From assembly GCA_964505785.1 (NCBI GenBank), contig CAZDJZ010000001.1, forward strand, positions 259,996 through 323,995: DNA of 64,000 nucleotides, in the 5' to 3' direction. This document shows, one piece after another, positions 30,191-38,300 of this stretch (position 1 is the first letter of the stretch; every line of letters begins with the position of its first letter). This DNA comes from an uncultured Eubacteriales bacterium. GTDB taxonomy: Bacteria; Acidobacteriota; Aminicenantia; Aminicenantales; Aminicenantaceae. The notes under the pieces were generated by a model. The model made no database searches. It was not told the DNA's origin and saw only the letters and a program-made list of their open reading frames with translations. Position numbers and translations under genes: made by a program.

Positions 30191-31273
30191 CTATTCGGTT
30201 TCGGCTGTCACGATAATGGGTATTTTTTTCTCCAGGGTTTTTCCGGAAATATTGTCTTTGAGATTGATGACAAATGTATATTCTCCGGCTTCGATATCCC
30301 GGGTTTCCTTCTTTTCTTCAATCACTTCTTCGCCCTTTTTCTTCTGGATCAGAACGGTCCGCTTTAGTGGAAGCGGCTGGCTGATAATCGGGGCGTCATA
30401 GGCAGCCTCTGCATAACGGACAATCACTTCGCCTTTTTGCAGTAATTCGTAATTGGCAGTCAGACTGAATTTGTTGGTTTCAGGGTCAGGCTGAGCTCCG
30501 AAAACATAGAGAAAGATATCCAGGGAATCCTTCTGCGTGAAAACATTGTTAAGAACAGGGTCGATTTTCAGGATGGAATAAGTAAAAAATCCTTTATGGA
30601 CTTCCGTTGTTTTTTCCGGAGCCGCCATCTGCTGGATTTCGCGGGCGAAGAAAACGGGAGTGGTATCCAGGCTGTCTGTGAAATTAGACAAAGAAGGAAG
30701 CTCAAACTCAAAGTATTGTGTTCCGATTTTTTCCAGGTCTTTGGAAGCAATTGCCATAGAGAGCATGTATTTTCCAGGGGGGAGCGGATAGCCTGTGGAA
30801 TACATGGATTCGTCTTCGGGATTATATCCCTCTTTTTCCTCCTGAAGCCGGATGGGAACATATACTTCCTTGGAATAGTCCCCGTCCGTTTGTTGAAACC
30901 AAAGGAACGCATTAAGTTCGGCCATGAGGATACTGGATTCTTCGGCGGCTTCCTGTGCCTCCCCCTCTTCAACGGGTTCTGCGGTTTGTGCCGGCGGTGT
31001 ATATCCAAGGTCGCTGTTTTTAGCCTTGAACAGGAAAATGCTATGCATGTTTTCGCGGGCTGGGAGATAGAGATGCTCGAAGATTTCAAAGGGAATATCC
31101 AAACGGGGAGTCATGTGCTCTTTCCCCTGCATTAATTCCGCTTTGACTTCTTTGGGAATAAAGACCTGTTGGGCTTCCTCCCCCTCCTCTTGGGCGGAGG
31201 CTGGAAACGGCTGGGTGAAGCTGATGATGATTCCCAGCACCAGCGCCGGAATGATAATTTTTTTCGATTTCAT
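30191..31273 (-). CDS. Hypothetical secreted protein sharing a PxGxY beta-sandwich-like module with the GWxTD proteins
   Basis: Start at ATG 31273 with AGGAGG 5 nt upstream. Signal peptide, acidic low-complexity stretches, and the modules PLPPGKYMLSMAI and IEAGEYTFVINLKD. Confidence 0.6.
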   Translation of the reverse strand: MKSKKIIIPALVLGIIISFTQPFPASAQEEGEEAQQVFIPKEVKAELMQGKEHMTPRLDIPFEIFEHLYLPARENMHSIFLFKAKNSDLGYTPPAQTAEPVEEGEAQEAAEESSILMAELNAFLWFQQTDGDYSKEVYVPIRLQEEKEGYNPEDESMYSTGYPLPPGKYMLSMAIASKDLEKIGTQYFEFELPSLSNFTDSLDTTPVFFAREIQQMAAPEKTTEVHKGFFTYSILKIDPVLNNVFTQKDSLDIFLYVFGAQPDPETNKFSLTANYELLQKGEVIVRYAEAAYDAPIISQPLPLKRTVLIQKKKGEEVIEEKKETRDIEAGEYTFVINLKDNISGKTLEKKIPIIVTAETE

Positions 31274-31470
31274 TTTTCCTCCTTGGGTATAACAAAAATT
31301 ATATAAACGCATTCAGTACTATTGCAGATAATTTTGCAAATAAACAATAGTGTAACAAAACAGCCGTGATTTTTCCAATAAAAAGGCAGTTTCCAAGGGA
31401 AGATGCAAAGAGGCGGGGATACAGGCCCTGACTATTTTCCAGAGAACCTTGAAACAATTCGCCGGTTTTA

Positions 31471-32481
31471 CTAAGGGAATCGTCGTTTTTGATATTTATT
31501 AACCGCATTGACATGCTCCCGGTAAGTTGAGCTGAATTTGTGGCTGCCGTCATTCCGGGAAACAAAATAGAGATAATCCGTATCTTCCGGGAAAAGGGCC
31601 GCTTGCAGGGATCCGGTTCCAGGATTGGCGATGGGACCGGGCGGCAGCCCAGGATAGAGGTAGGTATTATAAGGGGAATCCATCTCCAGGTGTTTTCGGG
31701 TGAGATTGCCGGAGAATTCGTTGCGCTTTTTTAAGGCATATATGATGGTTGGATCGCAAGCTAATCTCATTCCCTTGCGGAGCCGGTTATGAAAGACAGC
31801 CGATACCAGTGGTTTTTCTTCGGGAAGGGATGTTTCTTTTTCAATCAGAGAGGCCAAGGTCACCACTTCGCGGATGCTCATATTGAGTTTTTCTCTCCGG
31901 GCATGCCATTCCGGATGGAATACCTGCTTGAATTGGATGACCATGTTTTCGATTATTTTGGCTGCGGTTGTGTTTTTTGAAATCGTGTATGTTTCAGGGA
32001 AAAGGTACCCTTCCAAATCGGTTGCTTGGGTATCCCAGTCTGTTATCAAGGCGGGATTTTCGACGGCATCCAAAACAGCTGGATATTGCAGAAATTCGAA
32101 GGCCCCCAAGACTTCCGCGGTTTCACGGCAGGTCAAACCTTCCGGGATGGTAATCGAATACAGCTTGACATCTCCGGCCATGATTTTTCTCAGGATTTCT
32201 CTTTCACTCAACGGATAACGGAAAATATATTCCCCCGCTTTTAAGCTTTGTCCAGGGTAGAACAGCCGGTAAGCGAGCATGAAGCTGAACCGGTCCTGAA
32301 TGATCCCGTTTTTGTGCAGATTCTCCGCGATGGATTGAGCGCTCTGACCCGGTGTGATTTCAAACAAAACTTCCCCGGATTCCCCTGTTACTCTGAATTG
32401 GTATTGCCGAAAGAACCACACGCTGAAAATAAATAAAACAATAATAAGAAAAGATATGGATAATTTGATAATTCGAATCAT
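31471..32481 (-). CDS. mltG: Endolytic murein transglycosylase MltG (YceG-like)
   Basis: N-terminal TM helix, ASLIEKET catalytic region and YNTY..GLPPGPI. Confidence 0.88.
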   Translation of the reverse strand: MIRIIKLSISFLIIVLFIFSVWFFRQYQFRVTGESGEVLFEITPGQSAQSIAENLHKNGIIQDRFSFMLAYRLFYPGQSLKAGEYIFRYPLSEREILRKIMAGDVKLYSITIPEGLTCRETAEVLGAFEFLQYPAVLDAVENPALITDWDTQATDLEGYLFPETYTISKNTTAAKIIENMVIQFKQVFHPEWHARREKLNMSIREVVTLASLIEKETSLPEEKPLVSAVFHNRLRKGMRLACDPTIIYALKKRNEFSGNLTRKHLEMDSPYNTYLYPGLPPGPIANPGTGSLQAALFPEDTDYLYFVSRNDGSHKFSSTYREHVNAVNKYQKRRFP

Positions 32482-32888
32482 GTTAATGTCTCAAGATAGG
32501 CCGTAAGAATAATGGCAGCGGAGATGGCATCTTCTCTTTTTTTCCAATCTTCCGGCTTTATCTTTTTTTCCCGCAAATGCTGTTGGGCTTCCCAGGTGGA
32601 AAGTCGCTCATCCCAATATATCAGCGGAATGTCCAGGAAGGATTTAAGCCAATCGCCGAATTGCCTGGTTTTTTCAGCGCGAAAGCCTTCGCTTCCGTTC
32701 ATCCGGAATGGGAGGCCGATGATGATCCGGCCGATTCCATGATCTTTTGTCAAATTTTCGAAATACCGTTTATCCTCGGACTTGCTTTTGACACGGTAGG
32801 TTTCCAGCGTCCGGGCTGTCATGAACAGTTCGTCACTGACAGCCAAACCAATATTTTTGTCACCGTAATCAATTCCGAGAATTCTCAT
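32478..32888 (-). CDS. ruvX: Putative pre-16S rRNA nuclease / Holliday junction resolvase-like RuvX (YqgF)
   Basis: Start chosen at MRILGIDYGDKNIGLAVSD, 1 nt after the ddl stop. The 3' end overlaps mltG by 4 nt. Confidence 0.85.
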   Translation of the reverse strand: MRILGIDYGDKNIGLAVSDELFMTARTLETYRVKSKSEDKRYFENLTKDHGIGRIIIGLPFRMNGSEGFRAEKTRQFGDWLKSFLDIPLIYWDERLSTWEAQQHLREKKIKPEDWKKREDAISAAIILTAYLETLT

Positions 32889-32889
32889 G

Positions 32890-33933
32890 TTAAGCCCGCT
32901 GAGAGTGAAATTTGAGTCCAAGTTCGATCAGTTTGTCTATTAGGCGGCTAAAGGAGAGGCCGCTGGCCTCCCATAGCTTAGGATACATGCTGATTTCAGT
33001 AAAACCGGGAATTGTGTTGATTTCATTCAGGAACAGCCGGCCGCTTGGTTGTTCCAGAAAAAAATCAACCCGGGCCATGCCTCTGCATTCCAGCCCAAGA
33101 AACGCTTGAATGGAAAATTCTTGGATCTTTTTGACCTGGGAATCGGGAATATCAGCCGGTATGCTGAACTGTGTTTTGCCTTCGATATATTTATCCCGGT
33201 AATCATAAAACTCCCGGCTGGGGAAAACTTCGCCGGGGAGCGAAGCTTCGGGGTATTCATTTCCGAGGACACTGCATTCCAATTCGCGTCCGGTAACAGC
33301 CTTTTCAATCAAAACTTTGCTGTCATGAGCAAACGCCTGTTCCATTCCGGCTTCCAAATCGCTCCAGTTTTTGATCTTGCAGATTCCGATACTGGAACCG
33401 AGATTGGCCGGTTTGATAAAAACCGGCGGTTTGAATTTCCGTTTGACAGTGTCAACTGAATAAGCGGGATCGTTTTGAAAGTCAGGTTTCCGGACGGTCA
33501 GATAGTCTCCCACCGGAAGCCCGAGGGCTTTGAAGATGGTCTTGGCAACATCTTTATCCATGGCCAGGGCAGAGCCGAGTACGGAAGCGCCGGTATAGGC
33601 GACATCCGCCATTTCAAAAAGGCCCTGAATAGTTCCGTCTTCACCATAAGGCCCGTGTAAAACCGGAAAATAAATGTCAGTTTTTTCTCGGGGCTCTGAG
33701 ATTATTTGGGCCCATGATAAAAAAGAGTAAAAGGGCCCCTTGTTTAAATCAGCTTGAGAAACGAGCGGAGACGTCACGGGTTTCCATTTTCCTTCCCTGT
33801 TAATAAAAATGGATTGTATCGTGTATTTTTCCGGATTCAGATGGCGGTAAACAGCGGATGCCGATTGCAGAGAGACATCGTGTTCGGCGGACCGTCCGCC
33901 GAAAATTATGGTGACACTTGTTTTTTGCTTCAT
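32890..33933 (-). CDS. ddl: D-alanine--D-alanine ligase
   Basis: IIFGGRSAEHDVS, FPVLHGPYGEDGTIQG and an ATP-grasp C-terminus (EINTIPG). Confidence 0.92.
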   Translation of the reverse strand: MKQKTSVTIIFGGRSAEHDVSLQSASAVYRHLNPEKYTIQSIFINREGKWKPVTSPLVSQADLNKGPFYSFLSWAQIISEPREKTDIYFPVLHGPYGEDGTIQGLFEMADVAYTGASVLGSALAMDKDVAKTIFKALGLPVGDYLTVRKPDFQNDPAYSVDTVKRKFKPPVFIKPANLGSSIGICKIKNWSDLEAGMEQAFAHDSKVLIEKAVTGRELECSVLGNEYPEASLPGEVFPSREFYDYRDKYIEGKTQFSIPADIPDSQVKKIQEFSIQAFLGLECRGMARVDFFLEQPSGRLFLNEINTIPGFTEISMYPKLWEASGLSFSRLIDKLIELGLKFHSQRA

Positions 33934-33964
33934 AAAAACAATCTGTTGGTAATCAAGGCACACC

Positions 33965-34035
33965 TCTCTAGGGCCTGCTGCGCAGCCCTCAGGGTGACCC
34001 TTTCGGGTCGTTTTCGAACGAATAATCCAGCTTAA
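33965..34035 (-). repeat. Dispersed intergenic repeat (second copy of the word + GAAA-hairpin module)
   Basis: The reverse complement aligns with 4816-4872. It starts 13 nt after the hup stop, in the gene-sense orientation. Confidence 0.8.
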
Positions 34036-34047
34036 TAGTACAGGATA

Positions 34048-34317
34048 TTATAATTTTCCGATAAAAAGCTTACTGGGATTAAATTTAATCCTTTTTTTTG
34101 CAGGAATAGGGATAATTTCTCCGGTCCGGGGATTCCGGCCTTTTCTTTTCCTGGTGTTTTTTACTTCGAAACTTCCAAATCCGGAAAAAGTAACTTTTTC
34201 CCCTTTTTGAAGAGACGCCTTCATTCCCTGAATAAGCTGGTCGAAAGCTTTTTCAGCCTGAGCTGCAGTTATTCCTGCATCTTTAGACATTAAAGAGAGA
34301 GCTTCTTTCTTGTTCAC
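34048..34317 (-). CDS. hup: HU family DNA-binding protein
   Basis: 89 aa with FGSFEV...R.GRNPRTGE.I.IPA. Confidence 0.92.
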   Translation of the reverse strand: MNKKEALSLMSKDAGITAAQAEKAFDQLIQGMKASLQKGEKVTFSGFGSFEVKNTRKRKGRNPRTGEIIPIPAKKRIKFNPSKLFIGKL

Positions 34318-34445
34318 AGTATTCCTCCTTCTTAAGACTCCATAACCCGATTCATTAAATATTAGAAAAATGATTCGCGGAAGTCAAGGAAAACGAAGAA
34401 GATTCGTTCGGATATTTTCAGGACGAAATAAAAAATTTTTGAATA

Positions 34446-34474
34446 TTGACACATGTAAAACGACAAAATATAAT
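34446..34474 (+). promoter_or_regulatory. Consensus sigma70 promoter
   Basis: TTGACA (34446-34451), a 17-nt spacer, then TATAAT (34469-34474). It lies inside the N-terminal extension of the ORF-track call. Confidence 0.6.
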
Positions 34475-34516
34475 AATAGAAATATTGGAAAAAAAATCCA
34501 GGCAAGAGGTGTTTCC

Positions 34517-35350
34517 GTGAGCAAAAAAGATTTATGCAAAAATTATATGGTTTTTCCGATTTTAGCGGTCATGTTTATGGTAGCTGCAGGCCCGGTGGAA
34601 TTGTATTCCCAGGAGCATCAAATTGAAAAGGCGACTATATACAAAGATATCTATCCCCTGATTTCAGATGCGGATAGATATTGTTCATTTTTTATTTGGG
34701 ATGGAGATAAACCGGACGTTTGGATTACCGGATCCGAAAGAGAATATGAGCGCGAAATGCTGTCAAACGGTGATATTGTCTATATCAATCAGGGGCGAAA
34801 CCATGGTTTGGAATCGGGACAGGTTTTCATGATCCTGCAGATGAGCCGTAACAGAGGATATAAAGAAGGAATGATTCAGGAAACTATCCCTGGATATGGC
34901 CGGCTGGCTTACAGGAGAGGACGTCTCCGGGTGAAAGAGATAGGAGAGGACCAAGCTATTGCCGAAATTGAAAAAGCTTGCGGGAAAATTATGATTGGGG
35001 ATTTCCTGGTTTCCTTTCAACCAAAGGAAACGGTTATGGGAAAGGACCTTGGATATAACATTTCGCCTTTTGAAATACAAAGGGATGAAGGCGAGATCAT
35101 TTTCTTGGAAAGCGAATTCAATCAAATCGGAAACGGACACTGGGCGCTTATTAACTTGGGAGAAAAAGATGACGTTAAACGAGGGGACCAATTTATTGTT
35201 TTTCGTGAGGTCAAAAAAGGAGCGCCTCCAAAACTATTTGGAAATTCAGTCGTGATTGATGTTCAAGAAAAAACCGCTACTATAAAAATATTATCCTGCC
35301 GGGATACTGTGGAAATGGGTGATCAGGTCATGCGGCATCCGGGAAAATAA
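34517..35350 (+). CDS. Hypothetical exported protein with internally repeated GD-x-F/V beta-barrel-like motifs
   Basis: Start moved to GTG 34517, with AGAGG 7 nt upstream and downstream of the promoter. Signal peptide. Repeated motifs are GDIVYINQGRNHGLESGQVF and ALINLGEKDDVKRGDQF. Confidence 0.55.
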   Translation: MSKKDLCKNYMVFPILAVMFMVAAGPVELYSQEHQIEKATIYKDIYPLISDADRYCSFFIWDGDKPDVWITGSEREYEREMLSNGDIVYINQGRNHGLESGQVFMILQMSRNRGYKEGMIQETIPGYGRLAYRRGRLRVKEIGEDQAIAEIEKACGKIMIGDFLVSFQPKETVMGKDLGYNISPFEIQRDEGEIIFLESEFNQIGNGHWALINLGEKDDVKRGDQFIVFREVKKGAPPKLFGNSVVIDVQEKTATIKILSCRDTVEMGDQVMRHPGK

Positions 35351-35638
35351 AGAATGCCGTGCAGAGCAGGCCTCAGAATGACAAACAGCGTCATCCTGAG
35401 CGAAGCGACACTGCTTCGTTTCTCAGAAAAGGTGTGAATTGTGAATCGCTCATGTAAGACGACGAGCCTCTTCACTCCGTTCAAATACTTTGCATTTAAA
35501 ATAAAAGACTCTTTACTCCTGACTCTTTATTCTTTCCTGCGAAGCGGTTCAAGATCCTCATGGCTTGCTCTGCGGGCCTCGGCATGACATGTTGGTTCAT
35601 TTTTCATCGTTTCGGGTGTGTTATGCTCATGTTTAATT

Positions 35639-35770
35639 CATAAAAAATTGCAATATTTCTGCAATCTTTTTGTTATCAGCGATAACCATGCTTTTTAGCC
35701 TGAATTATTTATAAAAAAATTGCGGTGTTTTTGCCATTTCTTTTTTATCAGCGATTAACATGATCTTTAT
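35639..35770. repeat. Two tandem ~60-nt imperfect repeats, each carrying a TTATC-AGC-GAT(T)AA palindrome
   Basis: Unit 1 is 35639-35698 and unit 2 is 35710-35770, roughly three-quarters identical by eye. They are separated by a TAGCCTGaATTATT word. Confidence 0.7.
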
Positions 35771-35916
35771 TGAAAGTTCAAATTGAAAGTTTTTCATTTG
35801 CACCTTTATATTATAATCGCAATTTTTCACCCCTTCAGGCGGGCCGAATCTCACCGCATCTTCCGGCATGCAGCTCGTCGTAGTGAAGGACCACGACTTC
35901 CTCGCTGTAAACCGAA

Positions 35917-35953
35917 ATCTGCGGCAATCTCGGCCCGTGAATAATCCAGGTTA
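35917..35953 (-). repeat. Dispersed module ending in the AATAATCCAGG word
   Basis: 29/34 identical to 37537-37570. Confidence 0.7.
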
Positions 35954-36013
35954 GAGAAAGATCCATGAGAAATTTTTTCATTTCGAATTCGATGTTCCGC
36001 TGAGTCTTTATGG

Positions 36014-36042
36014 TTGACAGAGTTAGGGGATTCTGGTAATTT
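36014..36042 (+). promoter_or_regulatory. Putative promoter of the tRNA-Gly/tRNA-Cys pair
   Basis: TTGACA, a 17-nt spacer, then TAATTT, about 28 nt upstream of the tRNA-Gly 5' end. Confidence 0.45.
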
Positions 36043-36069
36043 AAGCCCGCATTCTTTTTAATAGTAAGG

Positions 36070-36144
36070 GCGGGCGTAGTTCAGCGGTAGAACGTCTGCT
36101 TGCCAAGCAGAAGGTCGAGGGTTCAAGTCCCTTCGCCCGCTCCA
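36070..36144 (+). tRNA. tRNA-Gly (anticodon GCC)
   Basis: Acceptor GCGGGCG/CGCCCGC, anticodon stem-loop TCTGC-TTGCCAA-GCAGA, T-arm GGTTCAAGTCC and an encoded CCA. Confidence 0.93.
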
Positions 36145-36169
36145 GATAATATCCGGTGTCTAAAGAAAC

Positions 36170-36245
36170 GGCGCGGTACCCAAGTGGCTAAGGGAGAGGT
36201 CTGCAAAACCTCGATTCGTCGGTTCGAATCCGACCCGCGCCTCCA
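36170..36245 (+). tRNA. tRNA-Cys (anticodon GCA)
   Basis: Acceptor GGCGCGG/CCGCGCC, anticodon stem-loop GAGGT-CTGCAAA-ACCTC, T-arm GGTTCGAATCC and an encoded CCA. Confidence 0.93.
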
Positions 36246-36300
36246 CATGCCGCTCTCATCACATGCGCTTGCGTTTTATGATTTCCAAGTGTTCTTTCAG

Positions 36301-36350
36301 TTCATCTGGTCCTTCTAAGTCCATCTAGGTCTATCTAAGTCTCTCTAAGT
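36301..36350 (+). repeat. 10-bp tandem array x5 (consensus CYWTCTARGT)
   Basis: ttcatctggt / ccttctaagt / ccatctaggt / ctatctaagt / ctctctaagt. Confidence 0.8.
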
Positions 36351-36403
36351 ATATTTGGTCTTTTCGGTCAATTCAGTCTGTTCATTCGACTCGATATACT
36401 TGT

Positions 36404-36448
36404 GTTGCTCGGGTTGCTTGGGTTACTAGAGTTACGAGGGTTCTTACC
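36404..36448 (+). repeat. 9-bp tandem array x5 (GTTNCTNGG-like)
   Basis: gttgctcgg / gttgcttgg / gttactaga / gttacgagg / gttcttacc. Confidence 0.75.
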
Positions 36449-36566
36449 CGCTGTGCTCGCATTTATTTGCGTTCGAAGTGTTCTTTCAGTCCATTTAGAT
36501 CAATTCAGTCTGTTCGGCTCACGTCACGAAGATTATTCGGGTTCATTCTGTTCGATCGCCGGTTTT

Positions 36567-36592
36567 CAGATTTGAGTTTTGAGATTTGAGAT
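36567..36592 (+). repeat. ATTTGAG heptamer array (x3)
   Basis: cag-atttgag-ttttgag-atttgag-at. The same array, in the same orientation, occurs at 54777-54814. Confidence 0.75.
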
Positions 36593-36702
36593 AATTATAT
36601 TATGAAGTTCTTTTCCCAATTATGCAGAATAAGCTCCTTCGCTTCTCTCAGGAGGACAAGCTTGGGCACATGACCGCCGCGGTCCCGGATTGGGAAATGA
36701 TA

Positions 36703-36731
36703 TTGACAGTGGCGGAAAAAAAAGATATATT
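36703..36731 (+). promoter_or_regulatory. Putative sigma70 promoter of the Yip1 gene
   Basis: TTGACA, a 17-nt spacer, then TATATT. Confidence 0.5.
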
Positions 36732-36746
36732 TGAGGAAATTATTCA

Positions 36747-37355
36747 ATGGAGGATGGAATGCAACTAATTCCCCGTATAAAAGCAATACTTTTAAATCCG
36801 AAAGAAGAATGGGCTAAAATAAAGGAAGAAAAAACCACAACCATGGAGTTATTTACCGGGTATGCTATGATTCTGGCTGCAATTCCAGCTTTAGCTCAGT
36901 TTATCGGCCGTGCTATTGTCGGATATAATATTCCCTTTGTCGGGTGGGTTCGCTCCGGAATAGGATCAGCCTTACTGTACTCTATTATTTATTATATTTT
37001 CATATTGGTGGTTGTATTTGTATTGGGAATCATCATCAATGCATTGGCCGCAACTTTCAATTCTGAACAGAACGCCGCTGATGCCATGAAACTGGCGGTT
37101 TACAGCTTTACTCCCGCATGGATAGCCGGCATTCTATATATCATTCCGCCCTTATCGATTCTGACTGTATTAGCCTCTTTATATGGACTTTATTTGCTGT
37201 ATTTAGGTTTTAATCTTCCCATGCTGGGCACTCCAAAAGACAAAGTGCTTCCTTTCCTGGTGGTGACGATTATTGTTTCCATTGTTTTGATGGTTATCAT
37301 GGGAGTTATACTCGGGGCGGTTTTTACCGTTGGAGTCGGCTTCCGGGCATTCTAA
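36747..37355 (+). CDS. Yip1 domain membrane protein
   Basis: N-terminus IKAILLNPKEEW is typical of Yip1/DUF1282-like proteins, with 5 TM helices. The start may instead be ATG 36759, just after GGAGGA. Confidence 0.7.
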   Translation: MEDGMQLIPRIKAILLNPKEEWAKIKEEKTTTMELFTGYAMILAAIPALAQFIGRAIVGYNIPFVGWVRSGIGSALLYSIIYYIFILVVVFVLGIIINALAATFNSEQNAADAMKLAVYSFTPAWIAGILYIIPPLSILTVLASLYGLYLLYLGFNLPMLGTPKDKVLPFLVVTIIVSIVLMVIMGVILGAVFTVGVGFRAF

Positions 37356-37536
37356 GTCACCATAGGACCGGATTTTAAGCCGCATTAATCCTTGAATTCA
37401 ATCAGGAACGGGCGGCTTGGACACGGATGCTGATCCGGGCTGGGGATGCCATTATTATGCTGGCGTAGGCCTCCGAATAAAACTTCGTTGCAGGGCGTTT
37501 GCGATGGAGTCCACAGCTTCATGCCCTGCGCCTCGC

Positions 37537-37570
37537 ATCTGCGGTAATCTCGGTCCGTTCATCATCCAGG
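37537..37570 (-). repeat. Dispersed module (paralogue of 35917-35950), 4 nt after the pyrF stop
   Basis: ATCTGCGGTAATCTCGGTCCGTTCATCATCCAGG versus ATCTGCGGCAATCTCGGCCCGTGAATAATCCAGG. Confidence 0.7.
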
Positions 37571-37574
37571 AAAG

Positions 37575-38288
37575 TCATGGTAACTCTCTAATAATCCGTT
37601 CCAAAGCCTTCTCTGGAGAAGAAGCGCTGATAACCGGCCGGCCGATGACTAAATAGTCTGAACCCAAGCGTACGGCTTCAGCCGGAGTCATGATCCGTTT
37701 CTGGTCTTGAGCGGCCGCCCAAACCGGACGTATACCGGGGGTGACCACTTTGAATCCCGGCTTGACCTGTTTCCTGACGGCGGAAATTTCCCGTGGAGAA
37801 CAAACAATCCCATCCATTCCTGCTTCTTCCGCAAGGGAGGCTAGGGTTAAAACCATTTCCAGGGACGACGATTGTATATTCATTTTTTTCAAATCAGCAT
37901 CTTGTAAGCTTGTTAAAACGGTAACAGCCAGCAATTGAGGACGCGCGACTTGCTTTTTCGCGGCTTCATTGGAAGCTTCTTCGGCTGCCCGTCTCATCAT
38001 GTCCAGCCCTCCTGACGCATGCAGCGTCATCATATCCACGTGCATACCAATGGCGGCTTTTACCGCACCGGCGACGGTATTGGGGATATCGTGGAGTTTC
38101 AAATCCAGAAAAATGCGTTTGCCCATTCGGGCGATATCCTGCAGCAGGCGGGGACCCTCCGCTGTATAGAGGCGAAGCCCGATTTTAAAGCAGCGTGCGG
38201 AGGGGAGTCGCCGGGCCAGGCCTAGAGCTTCTTTTCTTGTATCCAGATCCAGCGCCAGAATGATTTTTTCAGCTTGAGTTGTTGTCAT
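37575..38288 (-). CDS. pyrF: Orotidine 5'-phosphate decarboxylase
   Basis: LALD, DLKLHDIPNT and a C-terminal GRPI motif. Confidence 0.92.
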   Translation of the reverse strand: MTTTQAEKIILALDLDTRKEALGLARRLPSARCFKIGLRLYTAEGPRLLQDIARMGKRIFLDLKLHDIPNTVAGAVKAAIGMHVDMMTLHASGGLDMMRRAAEEASNEAAKKQVARPQLLAVTVLTSLQDADLKKMNIQSSSLEMVLTLASLAEEAGMDGIVCSPREISAVRKQVKPGFKVVTPGIRPVWAAAQDQKRIMTPAEAVRLGSDYLVIGRPVISASSPEKALERIIRELP

Positions 38289-38300
38289 GGGAATCCTCCT

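Larger units (their letters stand above)
36262..36525 (+). repeat. Imperfect direct duplication downstream of tRNA-Cys
   Basis: 36262-36309 plus 36361-36393 matches 36455-36525 (shared GCGTT..(C/G)AAGTGTTCTTTCAGT and TCAATTCAGTCTGTTC). Copy 1 carries an expanded 10-bp array. Confidence 0.7.

Noticed and set aside
36100-36318. 72-aa ORF overlapping tRNA-Gly and tRNA-Cys
   Set aside because: It is read straight through two canonical tRNA genes, so it is an artefact.
35639-36592. Possible CRISPR array among the tandem repeats around the tRNAs
   Set aside because: There are only 2 copies of the 60-nt unit, with no unique spacers of regular length. The other arrays have 7-10 bp periods with no spacers. 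There are no cas genes in the window.
36070-36746. tRNA-adjacent genomic island or prophage remnant
   Set aside because: There is no integrase, no duplicated tRNA 3' end (no attR-like copy of GGTTCGAATCCGACCCGCGCC downstream) and no cargo genes. The region contains only short repeats.
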